NCBI GenBank assembly: GCA_000004985.1
Contig: GG738857.1
Source: Naegleria gruberi
Lineage: Eukaryota
Length of the DNA: 64,000 nt
Direction: 5' to 3' (one strand)
Below, one piece after another: positions 1 to 12,800 of this stretch; position 1 is the first letter of the stretch, and every line of letters begins with the position of its first letter. Both the position numbers and the translations under genes were made by a program. Below the pieces are notes generated by a model, which saw only the letters and a program-made list of their open reading frames with translations, ran no database searches and was not told the DNA's origin.

Positions 1-743
1 ATTTCAGCTTTATTGAGAGAATAAATGAATGTGTAGAAAATGTTATACAACATGGGTTTGTAAAAATGATTTTAGTTTTTGAAAGAAGATTAGGATAAGT
101 GACAAAATGAAATATTTAAGATTGGATTCTTTTGACCATATGTAACATTTCCAAAAACAAAGTTTGAAGACTTGCCAAATGATATTGTTATGGATGCATT
201 GGTGGTTTCAGAAATGGAAATGTTTCGAATAATAGAAAATGAAATGGAAAATATAGCAAAATTCTAATGATTTCTCTTGTACTTGCTTATTATCAGAAAG
301 CTTTCATCGTGTAGGGATTTTGCCCAACAGATATTGCTGTTACTTGATAGCGTTGGATATTTTTATTCGAAATCTTTCCCTCGGTTAACATCGAAAACCT
401 AATAGTTTCGACAACGCTATTTTCAAACCCCTCAATACATTAGAGCATGAATATCCTCTTATTTTCTTGTATCTAAGGTTCAACATCAGGTAAACAAGTT
501 TCGAATAAGTTTTGAAAAGTGCGAAGGGGAAATGCCAGTATACTTTTATAGTAAGAGTCTAATAATTTGGGTTGTGCCTGTTTATGATTGTATTTCGACA
601 AAGTTGTAAATTTACCGTAACTTTCCTTTTTTGCTAAAGTTGGCTTTGTAGTTTGTACGAAACTAATGATGTTGTTGGGTATTGAACATCACTTGTTACA
701 TTTTCACAACACAAAAAATTAAAAACAAAGAACCTCTGCTAAC

Positions 744-1994
744 ATGTCTGCCGAACTTGTTTCGAATGGTGTTTTGAATCTATTCGAAACGTTAGCAAGC
801 AACTCAACAATAACAAACACAACACACGAATCTCTTGCCAGCACCTTTCCTCAATATTCCCAAAACGTTGGTTCGATTGTTGTATCATGTGTTTTCATCT
901 CATGCTATGCCATTGTTGTTGCCATCATGAGTGGTATTCTTATTCGATACAGGAAGGAAATGAAGAGAAACCAAATTCTAGTCTTCTTCTTGGTGTTTTG
1001 GTGCATAGGTCAACAAACTCTTGCATTGATTTTTCGACTTGCCTATAATGGGAGAGCCCTCTGGATAAACTTGACTTATTCAGACTATACCAAGATTGAA
1101 AATTTCAATCAATTACTAATTCCACTCTATGTATTCTCTGCCATAGAGAGTGTTGCTGTATATTTGCAGGGAGCTGTAATTATAGTCATTATTTGTTTCA
1201 TTTTGAATATCTTGTAAGTATTTTCTTCATTGATTCGAATATTTAATTTTGGAAATAGTTTGGACACAGCTCGTGTTGTTAACGCCATGACCCAAAAGGC
1301 CCACAAATTCATCAAATACTTCTTCAACATCATATCTACCCTATTCGCTGTCCTAATCTTCCTACTTGCCTTTGTCCACGTTGGAGTTGTCCTCGCCTCA
1401 AAAGTTGCCACAAATTTCAAAGCCAATGTCATTGCAATTCTCATCGTTATCTTTGTAATCTTTGCAGTTACAATCACGATTGAATCTATCATGTTTGTTT
1501 TTGTAGGAGTTCGTCTAATTCTCTTTGTACGAAAGAATTCTCTTGGAATTTCACAAGCTAGCTCAAATTTCCTTCAAAGACCAGAAGTCAAAATTGGAGC
1601 ATTGATTGTTGGCATGTTGATTAGTGCCTATTTTCAATTACTAGCTTCGATTGTTGCGATTATTACTACGAGTTTCAATCCAGTGTTGCATGTAATTGAT
1701 TATAGTTTGCAAGCTTTGGGAATTTTACTCTTTTCCATATTTGTACTATTAGTTTACAATCCACTAGTTTCGTATAACATGATGAATAATAAGAAGGATG
1801 GGAAAGTGATAGGAAATACTACAAGTGAAATGAAATCTGAAAGATCAACAAATAATTCGAAACGATCAAAAGGTCTTTCACAAATTCCAAATTCACCAAA
1901 ATCACCAGTGGTTGACATTGCTCTTGCTGATTGTGTTTCACCTTCTGCTACCACAACAACTTCTGTTGATCAATCTGTAGAAGAAGATAAATAA
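744..1994 (+). CDS. Putative seven-transmembrane receptor-like (GPCR-like) protein, 2 exons join(744..1213,1259..1994)
   Basis: The ATG at 744 is preceded by an A-rich leader. Two adjacent ORFs (744..1217 and 1230..1994) join in frame across a 45-nt GTAAGT...AAATAG intron (1214..1258, phase 2). The joined protein has about seven hydrophobic helices, an N-terminal segment with N-glycosylation sites (NSTITNTT) and an S/T-rich cytoplasmic tail. Confidence 0.55.
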
Positions 1995-2051
1995 ATTTTT
2001 TAAATATTTTATTTTATTTTTTTATTTTTTTATTTTTATTAAATAACTAAA

Positions 2052-5000
2052 TTAGGCATTGTAAATTTTCTCTAAACGATCAACAATTTCTTGAATATTA
2101 GGACGTGTAGAAGGAACGGGAGACCAACTTTGTCTAATTAATTCAGTCAAATCGAAAATTCTTTCGTACTCATCTGGAGAATCGAATTCCTTACACCATT
2201 CTTTGCATTCCTCCAAATCTGTGAATGGAATAATTGGTCTCAAATTATTTTCACAAATTCCCTTGTGAAGTTGATAGGAAGATTCAACATTGCTTGGTTC
2301 TTCTAATCTTAATTTTTGTAAAACTCGTGAGTTTCTACTCATGTATGGATCGGTACATTCGAATAGTACTTGCCAAATGATAATGGAGAAACTGTAAATG
2401 TCGATTGCTCTGGCATCTTCACCAAGTATATCGCTATTACTGGAAATCATTTCAGGACTTAAATAGTAACAGGTTCCTATTTGACTTGTGACAGAAGTTC
2501 TGTAATTGGATAACATCTTGCTGAGACCAAAATCACAAAGCTTACAAACTCCAAATCTGTCAATCAAAATATTGGCAGGTTTCAAATCTCTATGCAAAAT
2601 TGTTGGAGATAATGTATGAAGATAGAGAATTCCATTAGCAACATTTGTCAAAATTTCCAATTTTTGAGTGAGAGAATACTGAACTGATTGATTTTGCATT
2701 TCTGTTACTAAATTATCCAAACTCTTCTCCAAACACTCCATAGCAATGAATCTCTTTGTAGGACTCGAAGAAATTCCGTAAAATGTGATAATGTTCGGAT
2801 GTCTTAATTTCGAGAGAATGATAGCCTCCATGAGGAAATCCTTTTCAGAAATATTCATGTTGTTCATGTCAAATACCTTGACAGCAATAATGTTATTCTT
2901 CCAACGAGTTTGGAATACAGAACCAATTCCTCCTGAACCCAATCTCTTGATTGGTTTGTCCATGTTTAATTGTTCAATTGGAATAATGAATGAAGAATTG
3001 TCAGAGTTGTTAATGTCCATAAATTCAAAGGTTTCTCCAACTTCAGTTTGAGATAGTAATCTTTCGTCCAACATTTGATCCATTTCAATAATTTTCTTTT
3101 GCTTTCTATACTTGGAAAAGAAGATTACCATTGTTAACATGGAGAAACAAAGTAACAATAAAACAAATATACTAAATCCAACAATGGTTCCAATCAAAAC
3201 ACTGTTATGTTCACATTCCTTTCCAAAGCTATTACTGCATTGACAAATATCTGGAGCAACACACAAATTTCCATTGCATGCATCAGCTCCTGATTTTCCA
3301 AAGCAGGTGACCATTCTGCAATCTGTTCCAATATATCCATAGGAGCAGGAGCAAGTATCTGGTTTAAGACATGTTCCACTAGAATTGGAGCATACAGCCG
3401 AACTAGAACTTGAAATGCCAAAACAAACTGGATACTGACATTGATTTCCACTATATTGAGGGGGGCAAGAACAGGTATCACTATCTAAACATATTCCATT
3501 TCCGCTACATACTTTGGAATCCAAACTGGTCCACTCAAAACATTTTGGAATGCATCTAGTTTTCTCTGGATTAAGCACATAATTATTTTCACAGAATGGA
3601 ACTAGTTGTTTCACTACATTATTCAACGAGTCAGATACGAATATCTTTCCAGTATTATCCACAAATGATACGCCTTCTGGCTTTGAGAGAGGAACTTCCA
3701 CTGCTGTCAATGATGATTCAATAAGATAACTGGCAACAATATCGACAACATCAACTGTTCCGTTACCAGCCATTGAATAAATATATCTCTGGCCATTAAA
3801 ATTAAACACTCTTCGTAATCTTCCATTATTCTTATCACAAAAAACAAATTCTTCATAAGTTGGTGGAAGTAACATTATACATGTTGGTGAATTGATATCT
3901 GCATTGATGGCAAGACCATTATCTCCAGAAAATCCAATATTTCCAGTTCCACAAACTGTACTAATTGTTCCATCTTTGGAAGAAATCTTTCGAATTCTAT
4001 GATTGTTGGTATCGCTGAAATAGATATCTTCATTTAGGGGTGAAACTGCAATTCCAGATGGAAATGCCACAGTAGCACTTGTAGCTGGACCATTCTCTCC
4101 ATGGAATCCATAATCTCCAGTTCCTGCAATTGTACTAATAACTCCAGTCATTCCATCAATCTTTCTAATAATATTATTCAAATTATCTGTTATGTAAATG
4201 TTTCCACTTTTTGCTCTGACCATGCTTAGAGGAATAGCAGATGATTGATTGGCTGGAATATTATCACCAAAACCTCCAGAAATGGTTGTTAGTAAATCAT
4301 CCTTAATTGAGTACTTTCTAATCTTGTTATTCGACGTGTCAGCAATATAAATTACTCCATTTCTATAGTCCAATGCCTTTGGATATTTCAATTTGGCAGA
4401 TCTTCCTCGTGATGGTTCTGTTTCTTGAACATCATTGGCTCCACCAATAATCGTCTTGATTATTTTAGAATCTGCCCATCTTATTCTGCTATTGATAGTG
4501 TCAGCTATTGCGATTGGTTTTGGTAATGCACTAGCATACTGATTTTCGGATGAACTATCAGCAGTAGAAACAACAGAATATGGGTGAAAGAATTTTGCCA
4601 TTAATGGATCACCATTGTCACCACTGAAACCAGCTCCGAGTTGTGAGTCACCTGCAGTTACTGAGTACATCACTGGTCCATCACCATCACTAGTAAATCT
4701 CAATCTCTTAATTCGATTATTGTAAGTATCTGCTACATAAAATGCAAAACATTTATCACATCCGTGCACATCATGAGGTGTATTATAGTATCTACTATCA
4801 CTGCTTGCAACTCCCATTCCAGATATGCTAAGGATAGGGAAAATGGAAGATTCGTTCAGAGTGGCATTGAATTTGATAAATCTAATTCTGTGATTTAAAC
4901 TGTCAGCAAAGAGTATACCTTGTTGTTTTACAGGAATGTTAACTATGGTCATTCCTCTTGGCTAATTAATTATCAATTGATTGGTTGGAAAAAATTGTTT

Positions 5001-7044
5001 CATTTCAACTTACCTCATTCAACAGAGATTGTGTTGCATCATTAGAATTTCCATTATATCCAAATTGATCTGGAATACCAGCTAGTATTGTTATTACATT
5101 GGTTTCTAGATTGATTTTTTTGATGGCATGTCTTCCAGTTTCTGAAAATATTAAATATCTCGCTCCAGTGCTCGTCACATAATAAGCAAGACCAGTTGGT
5201 TTCTTCACATTCTTAACAATTACCTTGACATTATTAGTATTATCAATGAGCTTGATATTGTTATTGTATGTGTCAGATACGAAAATACCCATATCTGTGG
5301 CAACAATTCCCTCTGGCTGATTGTAGGTGACTGAGGAGGCATTCATATAAGTGGGCATTCTTGCAGTATTGTTAGGTCTCAAAGCATTTCCCACCACCAA
5401 TGATATTTGTCTTGCTTTTGAATAAATATTTTGGGAAACTCTGATAATGGCATCACTGTAAACTCCACTTTGTTCATTCAAAATGTAATATTCAATTGTG
5501 TCACCATTGACCACTCCAACACTAAGAGACATTGGTTTGGATGACAGGGAATAGTTTAAAGAAGAATCAATATAAGTGGAAGACTCCAAATTGACAAATC
5601 CAGGATTAAGAGTACGAACAGTTCGAGTTGTCAAATCATAATATCTAACTGCTCCAAAGTTTGATTCACTAATAAATAGTACCTTCTCCAATTTGTTTGT
5701 ATTCTCATTTAAATGATAATCGAAAGTAAGACCAGTTGGCTGTCTCAATGGGAACTTTATCCCTTTCATCCCATCCACTCTCGGTATTTGATCGCCATTT
5801 GAAAATACTGGAGAAATCATCTTGGTTTCCAAATTGAGAATTTTGATATTTTTCGAGTCTACCATTAAAACAGACTTTCCATCTGGAGAAATTATAAAAT
5901 TAGAAGAAAAAACAAAATGACAATCAAATGCTTGAGTTATTCCATCTTTGCATTCTTCTGCTGAGGAATCACTTTTTCCTGCCAGTATTTCCAGCTTTAC
6001 GGATCCATCTGTATTATTGATGGTCAACCTTTTCAATAAGCTCGAAGTATCAGTGAAATAAACCATATCCAATTCGTTCATAGTATAAGCTGATAAATAA
6101 GAGGGACAACTATAATCATATTCATCATCATAAGGACAAGTGGACATTGAAACTGGCAGAAGTGGAAATTCATGCCCATACATTGTTGTAATATTACCAT
6201 TCTGGAGAATCTTTCTGAACCTATTGGATCCCCTTTCTGAAATGTAAATCTCATTCTTGTCATTTAGTGAAATACTGTTAGGGGACAATAATGTTGAACT
6301 AATTGCAGGAAATTCGCTATCTAGATAAACTCCAGCACCTCCACAAATTCTATAAACAGTACCATTTTGAATCTTTCTCAGAATATTCAAATCCAGAACG
6401 ATAACATTCGCCTCTTCCACAGAATTCACCACTTTCGGATAAACAACCATATCACTCAATGAAAGGAATTTGATTTCACTTGCTGGAATCACATCTGGGG
6501 CCGCAAAATTCAAATTACCTGCCAGAATTCCAGCAATATGGTCAATAATTCCTGTCTTGGTTCGAATCCTCCTAACAGAAAACAAATCCACCAAATAAAT
6601 CACATCATACAAGTTTCCACTACTTTCGTCCTTTTCTGCAACCACATACAAATGATTCACAAATATAAACGTTGCATTTTTCACTGGTCCTCCATTTCCC
6701 TCAATACCTCTACCAGGAGATTCACTTCCTGTAATAAATTCCTGTTGTCCAGTTACAAAATCCAATTTAGCAATGACAACCTGATTCACGACATAATAAA
6801 ACGTATTTTCATATTGAACGGAAGGAGCTAACCCAACAAGTGAAAAGGTTTTTGTTTCTAATTTTGATGGGTAATCTAATTTTCCAATAATTGATTCTGC
6901 TTGATATTTAACTTGTGATTTTAAGAATCGGATAGTTTCGTTCAAATTACACGTCGAAAAGTGAGAGAAAATCATCAGAAGGCTGATGAATAAAAACATT
7001 CGGCATAGTGAGAATCGATTCTGCCGTAAACATTGTGTTGACAT
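2052..7044 (-). CDS. Receptor-type protein kinase with signal peptide, at least 9 NHL repeats, tenascin-type EGF repeats, one TM helix and a TKL-like Ser/Thr kinase domain. Exons complement(join(2052..4961,5014..7044))
   Basis: ORF 5005..7044 (signal peptide MFLFISLLMIFSHFSTC, NHL motifs such as IYISERGSNRFRKI) ends LLNE immediately before GTAAGT. A 52-nt intron (4962..5013, GTAAGT...AATTAG, phase 0) joins it in frame to ORF 2052..4952. That ORF has NHL repeats (IYIADTSNNKIRKY, IYFSDTNNHRIRKI), Cys-rich EGF repeats (CxCxxGYxGxxC), a TM segment (IVGFSIFVLLLLCFSMLTMVIFF) and a kinase domain (GSGGIGSV, IAVKVF, HRDLKPANILI, DFGLSK, SPEM). Confidence 0.75.
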
Positions 7045-7911
7045 TTTTTTTAAAATGTTCCTGCGGAGTTTATTGTAATGAAACTCTTTATTTCAATGTT
7101 ATTGGAAAATGGAAGATTAAATGGAAAGATTATTGGAAGTTGGATGGAGTAAGTTGTGATCTATTGGAAAGATACTTGTTTGATTGGCGGAAAACAACTC
7201 CTTGATGGACGGGAGCATTATTCTAAAGGGTTTAGTTTCGTTTAGGATATTTAAAGATTGTTGTGAATGAGTGATCTTTTGTGATGTATTCATGACAGTG
7301 TATTGTTGGGTAATTGGTGTGTGATTCTTTTTGGTGACCTTTCGAATAGAAGTTGAAGGTTGTGAATTTTCTTTCGTAAAGAATAGAACAGATTCATAGC
7401 TCTGTATTGAAACTTTCTTCTTTTTAATGACGCTGAACATTGATTTGTTTGGTGTGTACACAACTCGATCAAAATTATAGTTGTGGTCACCCACCATTTT
7501 ACTTTCGTTTCTATTGACTTTATTCGAAAGCTCACTGTGTTTAGTTTGTTGCTTGTCCATTTTTTCTGTGTGTGTTTATTCAAAATCCCAAGTCACCAAG
7601 AATCAATCTGAAAACACACAACAAATCTGTGGAAGAAATAAATCCATTTCCAGATGAAAAAATTTACCAAAATCTAAGAAAAATTAAAAAATACAAAATT
7701 GTAAATTGAAGACTACTTTAAAAGCCATGAAAATTGATGAGAGATTCTTTGTGAAATGATGATCTTACATCTTCGAATACAAAAAGATGGATTCGAATAA
7801 GATTATTGGAAAGTAAAAACTTTCTTGTAATGGAAAGAAATTGACCTATTTGTAAAGATAAATTCTTTATTCAAACTTTACAATAAAATTAATTGCGTTA
7901 TTCGAAACTAT

Positions 7912-8633
7912 TTATCTAACTCTGTAAACCTTAGTGAACTTCAAATAAGCAGAGTAATAACCCATATCTCTTTGACGAACTCCAGTTCTAGAATTTTCAG
8001 CAGAAACAACTTGATTTCCACCAACATAGATACCAACATGCTAAAATATTCGAAACATTATTCGAAAGAAATTAATTTTTTTGTGAAAATTCAATTCAAC
8101 TTACACCTGGTCTGAACAAGATATCACCAACTTCCATTGGTTGTCCAGTAACTTCATAGATATTTCCATTTGGATAAACTCCAGTAGAAGTTGGAACTGT
8201 CTTTCCTTGAGATTTGTAAGCAGTGTAAACTATTTATCCAATAATAAATAATAAAATGGAGAATTGATGCACGATATTCATGAATTATTGATCAATAATT
8301 CATATAATTTCCATTTCCAAAAATACGAAAATTTGTTAATTTTCTAAATATGGAAAGTGTAAAAAAAAACAAACCTAAACCGGAACAATCAAAACATGGA
8401 TTACCAAGTCTATTTTGTTGAGAGTAACATTTACCAACTTGTTGTTGAGCAAATCTGGCAGCATTGACAGCAGCTGGTGAAGCAGTTGAAATGGCATCTG
8501 ACATTTCGTATTCCTTTTCGAAAGTACCCAAGATGGATTCGATAACGGCATCAGATGGGATAGCACTAGCAACAGCAAAAGTAACCAACAATGCGGCAAC
8601 GATTGCGAGAAGAATGACCTTGGAAATTGACAT
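7912..8633 (-). CDS. Secreted NlpC/P60-family peptidase (cell-wall hydrolase-like), 3 exons complement(join(7912..8040,8105..8229,8375..8633))
   Basis: Exon 1 has a signal peptide and the catalytic-Cys motif GNPCFDCSGL. Intron 1 is 145 nt (GTTTGT...AATAG, phase 1) and intron 2 is 64 nt (GTAAGT...TTTTAG, phase 0). The downstream exons restore the NlpC/P60 core (GDILFRPG|HVGIYVGGNQVVSAENSRTGVRQRDM), giving the Cys...His...His arrangement, and end in TAA. Confidence 0.7.
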
Positions 8634-9527
8634 TTTTTTTTAATGATTTTTTACGTAAAGTCGATTGACAGGTTGAATTTGCTGCAGAAAAAGCATGTTG
8701 AGAGATAGTTATAATCGTGTGAATTTAGAAGGTCATATAGTATTCAAAGTAATTGATTATGTTATTCGAACATTGAGGTTTACAACATTTGTAAATTTTA
8801 AAAGTACAATTTTTCACTTACAGAAACAAAATGCAATTAATCTTTTGAAAGAAGAGAATCATTACAGTATAGAATTGAATCAAGAAATTGTTGAACAACA
8901 AATTAATCAAGCTCACGTGAAAAAGTTTTTTTTTCAATTTTCTAAAAAATCGCAATTTCATCATCACATGAAAACTTGAGCTTGTGCTTGGTATTTCTTC
9001 TTCTATCAACAATAATGGTGGTGAATATAGGGAAGGGTGATGATTGTGGCGTATTGGTATAAAACTTCAACATAAGCTGTTATTGCTCATCAATAATTAA
9101 TAATTAATTAATAATAATAATTATGATGATTTGGAAGGCCTCCTGCTTTATTCCTTTGTGGAAGTTTTAATCCGATTACCAATTTGCAAATCTCTGAATG
9201 TTTTAAACAACCAACAAGATTATTTACATAATGAAGAGGGATATCATGTTGTTGTTGTTGAAGGATTTATTTCTCCTGTTCATCAGCCAACAACATTTTC
9301 AACAATTAGACATGCAAGGATTGAAAAACTCCCTCAAACAGCACTAATTTCAAACTATGGTGATGAAGACTGGCCAAATTCTTGAAATCTATTTGCTGGG
9401 TGGTATTTTTGCTCCAGAGCAAAAACCACATCAACGGACCTTTCAAACTGATCTGAGGAACAACAAATAACTTTAAACTTGATTGTTCTTACTATGATGG
9501 TCATGTAGAAAAGAACAATAACAAAAA

Positions 9528-9803
9528 ATGAGTGCAATAGCAGTTATTCGATTGATCCTTGTCATTCTCTGTCCTCCTCTCGGCTTGTTGTTCATGTATC
9601 ACTTTGAAATGGATGCTGCAAGTAGACAAATATTTGATCGGAAGAATAACAAACCAATGTGGAAAGTCACTCTACTCAATGTTTTATTAACATTATTGGG
9701 ATATCTGCCAGGATTTACTCATGCCTTCTTGTTATCTTCAATAACAGGTACAAGATCAATAGAGGAAAGTCAGGGAATATTCACTCAGTGTGTAATATTG
9801 TAA
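9528..9803 (+). CDS. Pmp3/UPF0057 (YqaE/RCI2)-family small proteolipid with an unusually long inter-helix loop
   Basis: Motifs ILVILCPPLGLLF and LLNVLLTLLGYLPGFTHAF match the two-helix Pmp3 signature. A 26-aa insertion between the helices may hide an intron I could not resolve, and the C-terminal extension is uncertain. Confidence 0.4.
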   Translation: MSAIAVIRLILVILCPPLGLLFMYHFEMDAASRQIFDRKNNKPMWKVTLLNVLLTLLGYLPGFTHAFLLSSITGTRSIEESQGIFTQCVIL

Positions 9804-9831
9804 ATAATGAACCATCATTCTTATAATTTTA

Positions 9832-12800
9832 TTATTTAATTTTCAAGAGTTTGGATTTCAAGAATTGAAGAGGTTGATCTGATTTGGCTCCTAACAATTC
9901 AAATTTAATCTTGACATCTCCTAAATATTCATCTTCTTGATGGAGAGATTCTGGTGAAGGAATGATTTCCTTCTTGATCTTGTAATATTTAGTTCCATTT
10001 TCAATTTCAGAGAAGGGAATGAAAATAAATCCAATAACCTCAGTTGTCAACATGTCTCTATCACTGACAGAGAATAATAATCCATGCCTTTGAATAATTT
10101 CAGAAACATTTCTAGAAGAAGTGAATTAATTTCCAATAGATTCAAATTGATAACTTACAATGTAAACGTTTCATTATTCCAACGAGGATTCAAATTCTTC
10201 TTGATAGTTTTGGTCTTGTAGGTTTTCTTCTTCTTTTTGGAAGTTAATCCCTTCTCATTTTCAATATTGTAAACCTTTACAAAACCATCACAAAGTCCAG
10301 AAATGGCATCCATGACAGGTAAATTCCTTGCTTCCACAATTTGAACTTTGAGTATCTTTGGAATTGGTGCTAAGAATTTAGTCAATTCGCCACCCATTTG
10401 CTTTCGTTGCAGTATTGGATTAATATGCCAAACCTTGCTAGAGTTATCATTGGAGAAGATGGACCTGATACTACAGAGGAACAAGTGAGAATTAATCTTG
10501 GATTGATTTTCACCTGCCTTGTAAGGAATTTGAGAAGCAGGAATTGTAAATCTAAATGCCTCACTCTTAGTTTCCATGTTGTAAACCTTGATGACAGCAT
10601 TAAGCTGAGACAATAATTCAATTACATCTTCAGGTGGAATTTCCTTCGAGTTAATCACAATATAAATCTTCAATAGAATGGAAAAGTGATAAACTGGAAT
10701 TGGCTCAGGTAACATGAAATCCTTGTTTCTTCTGAATGACAGACGAACCATAGATGGGCTCAATGCTTGAACCTTGCTATCATCAACAGAGTCGAGCATC
10801 ATGTAGCATTGAGTCTCATCATATTCTCCTTGCATTGGCCATTGTACTGATGTGGCAGTTGGCAAGGCTCTATCAATGAGAGCAGCAAACTTTGTACTGT
10901 CATCAGCAAGGTACTTTTCCACACTGCCAGATTTTGGCATTGAATTTGAGGAGCTCAGTACCTTGGTAACATCTCCCTTCCAATTATAACAAATTGCCTT
11001 CATTCTTACAATGGTATGATCGATAAGGTTTTTTGTTTTCTGGGCTTTTTTAGTTGTTCCAGCTGTGAGAGGACTCAAATCACTTCTAAATGGAACCTTT
11101 TTGGTTGTATCTTCCAATCTTACACCAAAGCAAATATATTGTGAAGGAGAAGGAATGGGAGCATGAGACAATCTTTCATTGGTCACTCTTTTATACTTGG
11201 AATCTCCCATTAGGAAGAGATCTGACAAGTAATAAACCCATGAATCATCTCTTTTAGTAACGGAGGAATGGTCTACATCTATTGGCATCCATTCACCAAC
11301 GTAGGAAAGTGACCACTCTTCCTTTTGCTTTCTTTCCATTTTGAAAGCCAACAGGTGTTTGTATCCCTCAAAGTCAGCCACCTCCTTTGGGCCATTGTTT
11401 TCATGATTTGAAATCTTGAAGATATCACATAAAGGAAGAGAGAATAATGGTTTTCTTGTAACTGGATCGATAACAAAAATGTTTCGAATAGTTTCATCCT
11501 CTTCCTTTTCGGCAACAGAGTTTCTTGGTAAATCATCTTCATCCTCAAACGTGACAGTTCTGTTATCCTCCCTAACCGCATGTTCTCGGTAGGAAACAAT
11601 ACAAAAGACAATTCCTGCCTTTTCCACCAATCGAGGAATGATTGCCATTGGATCGATTACGCCATCCAAAATTGGGCCTTCTCTTCTCAATTCCACATGT
11701 TGTTTCTTCAAGAAATAGGCTTCCTTATCAAATGTGAATACAGTGAGTTTAACAAGCAAGTCTGAAGGTTTACAAAGATGAGGATGACTAGCTCCTTGAA
11801 ATTGTAACATGATTGGGTGAGAATTTGAAAACTTGACAGGAAAATCATAAGTTGTAATCTCTTGTCCTTCCTGAACTACAGCAGATCTACAAAGGGAATC
11901 AGCTCCCTTATTGAAATGGTAGTGTCTTATGTGTCTCACAATTGTTGAAAAGCAAGTTTGTTTTGGTTTCTTCTCAACTGACATGTGCTCACCAAGGAAT
12001 TTCATCACAAAGGATTGGCCAGTGGCGTGTGAAACCTTCCCCCAGATGATGCAATTACTTGGATGAGGAGGCGTTGGGAAGTTTCTAATGTTAACTTCAT
12101 TGTTTGACTTGTCAATATAACTCAATCCAAACGAAGAATCAAAAAAGAGATAGCTTGAAATGTTATTCGAAGCAGTGTTGGTAAGGCCCATTCGAGGTAA
12201 TTCTGAATGTTCATATCCATCTCCGATCATTGATACGAAATAAATTTCATGAATATGTTTCAAGTTTTCCAGTTTGAGGTCAAAGTAATCGAACGATGAT
12301 TCGAATGAATTATTGTTTCCTACAACACCAACAGCCATGTGACTGGAAATTGTTGGCTCTCCAGAAACAGTATGGTTACTAAATCTCTTATCGTGACTCA
12401 CAACATCAACAACTCCTCCAACAGAATCCATCAAGACACAGAAATGATTAGTTCTAATTGGTCTTATTCCAATAGCTCTATTCTCCTCTGTTATTCTCAA
12501 CCTCAATTTTTCACTGTCCACAAATATGGAGTTGTTTGAACCTGCTGCCTTTGGAGGAGAATTACTTTTCACATCTCTAGTTTCAAGTACAATGTTATGA
12601 TTCTCTCTAATTGGCTCCAAAACTTTAGGTAAATGGAAAAGACAACTATCATTTGGTAGAGGGAATGGCTGACAAGATAGGGAAGAATTATTGATAGAGC
12701 TGAGAGGATCTGCTAAATCAACCTTGTACTCTTTTTTGAGTCTGTCATAGGATAAACTGAATAATGTTGTAATGGTATTGCTCTTATTCATTAGAGAGGG

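Noticed and set aside
2785-3481. Small ORFs (2785..3051 +, 3194..3481 -) inside the receptor kinase gene. Similar embedded ORFs lie inside other long genes (6078..6263, 6538..6831, 10382..10621, 11279..11611, 22780..23325 and others).
   Set aside because: They are fully nested in or antisense to long, domain-supported ORFs. They are typical chance ORFs in AT-rich coding DNA.
7117-7560. 147-aa minus-strand low-complexity ORF (MDKQQTKHSELSNKVNRN...) downstream of the receptor kinase gene.
   Set aside because: It has no domain and its composition is indistinguishable from AT-rich intergenic translation. An overlapping second ORF (7290..7583) lies in another frame. There is not enough evidence to call a gene.
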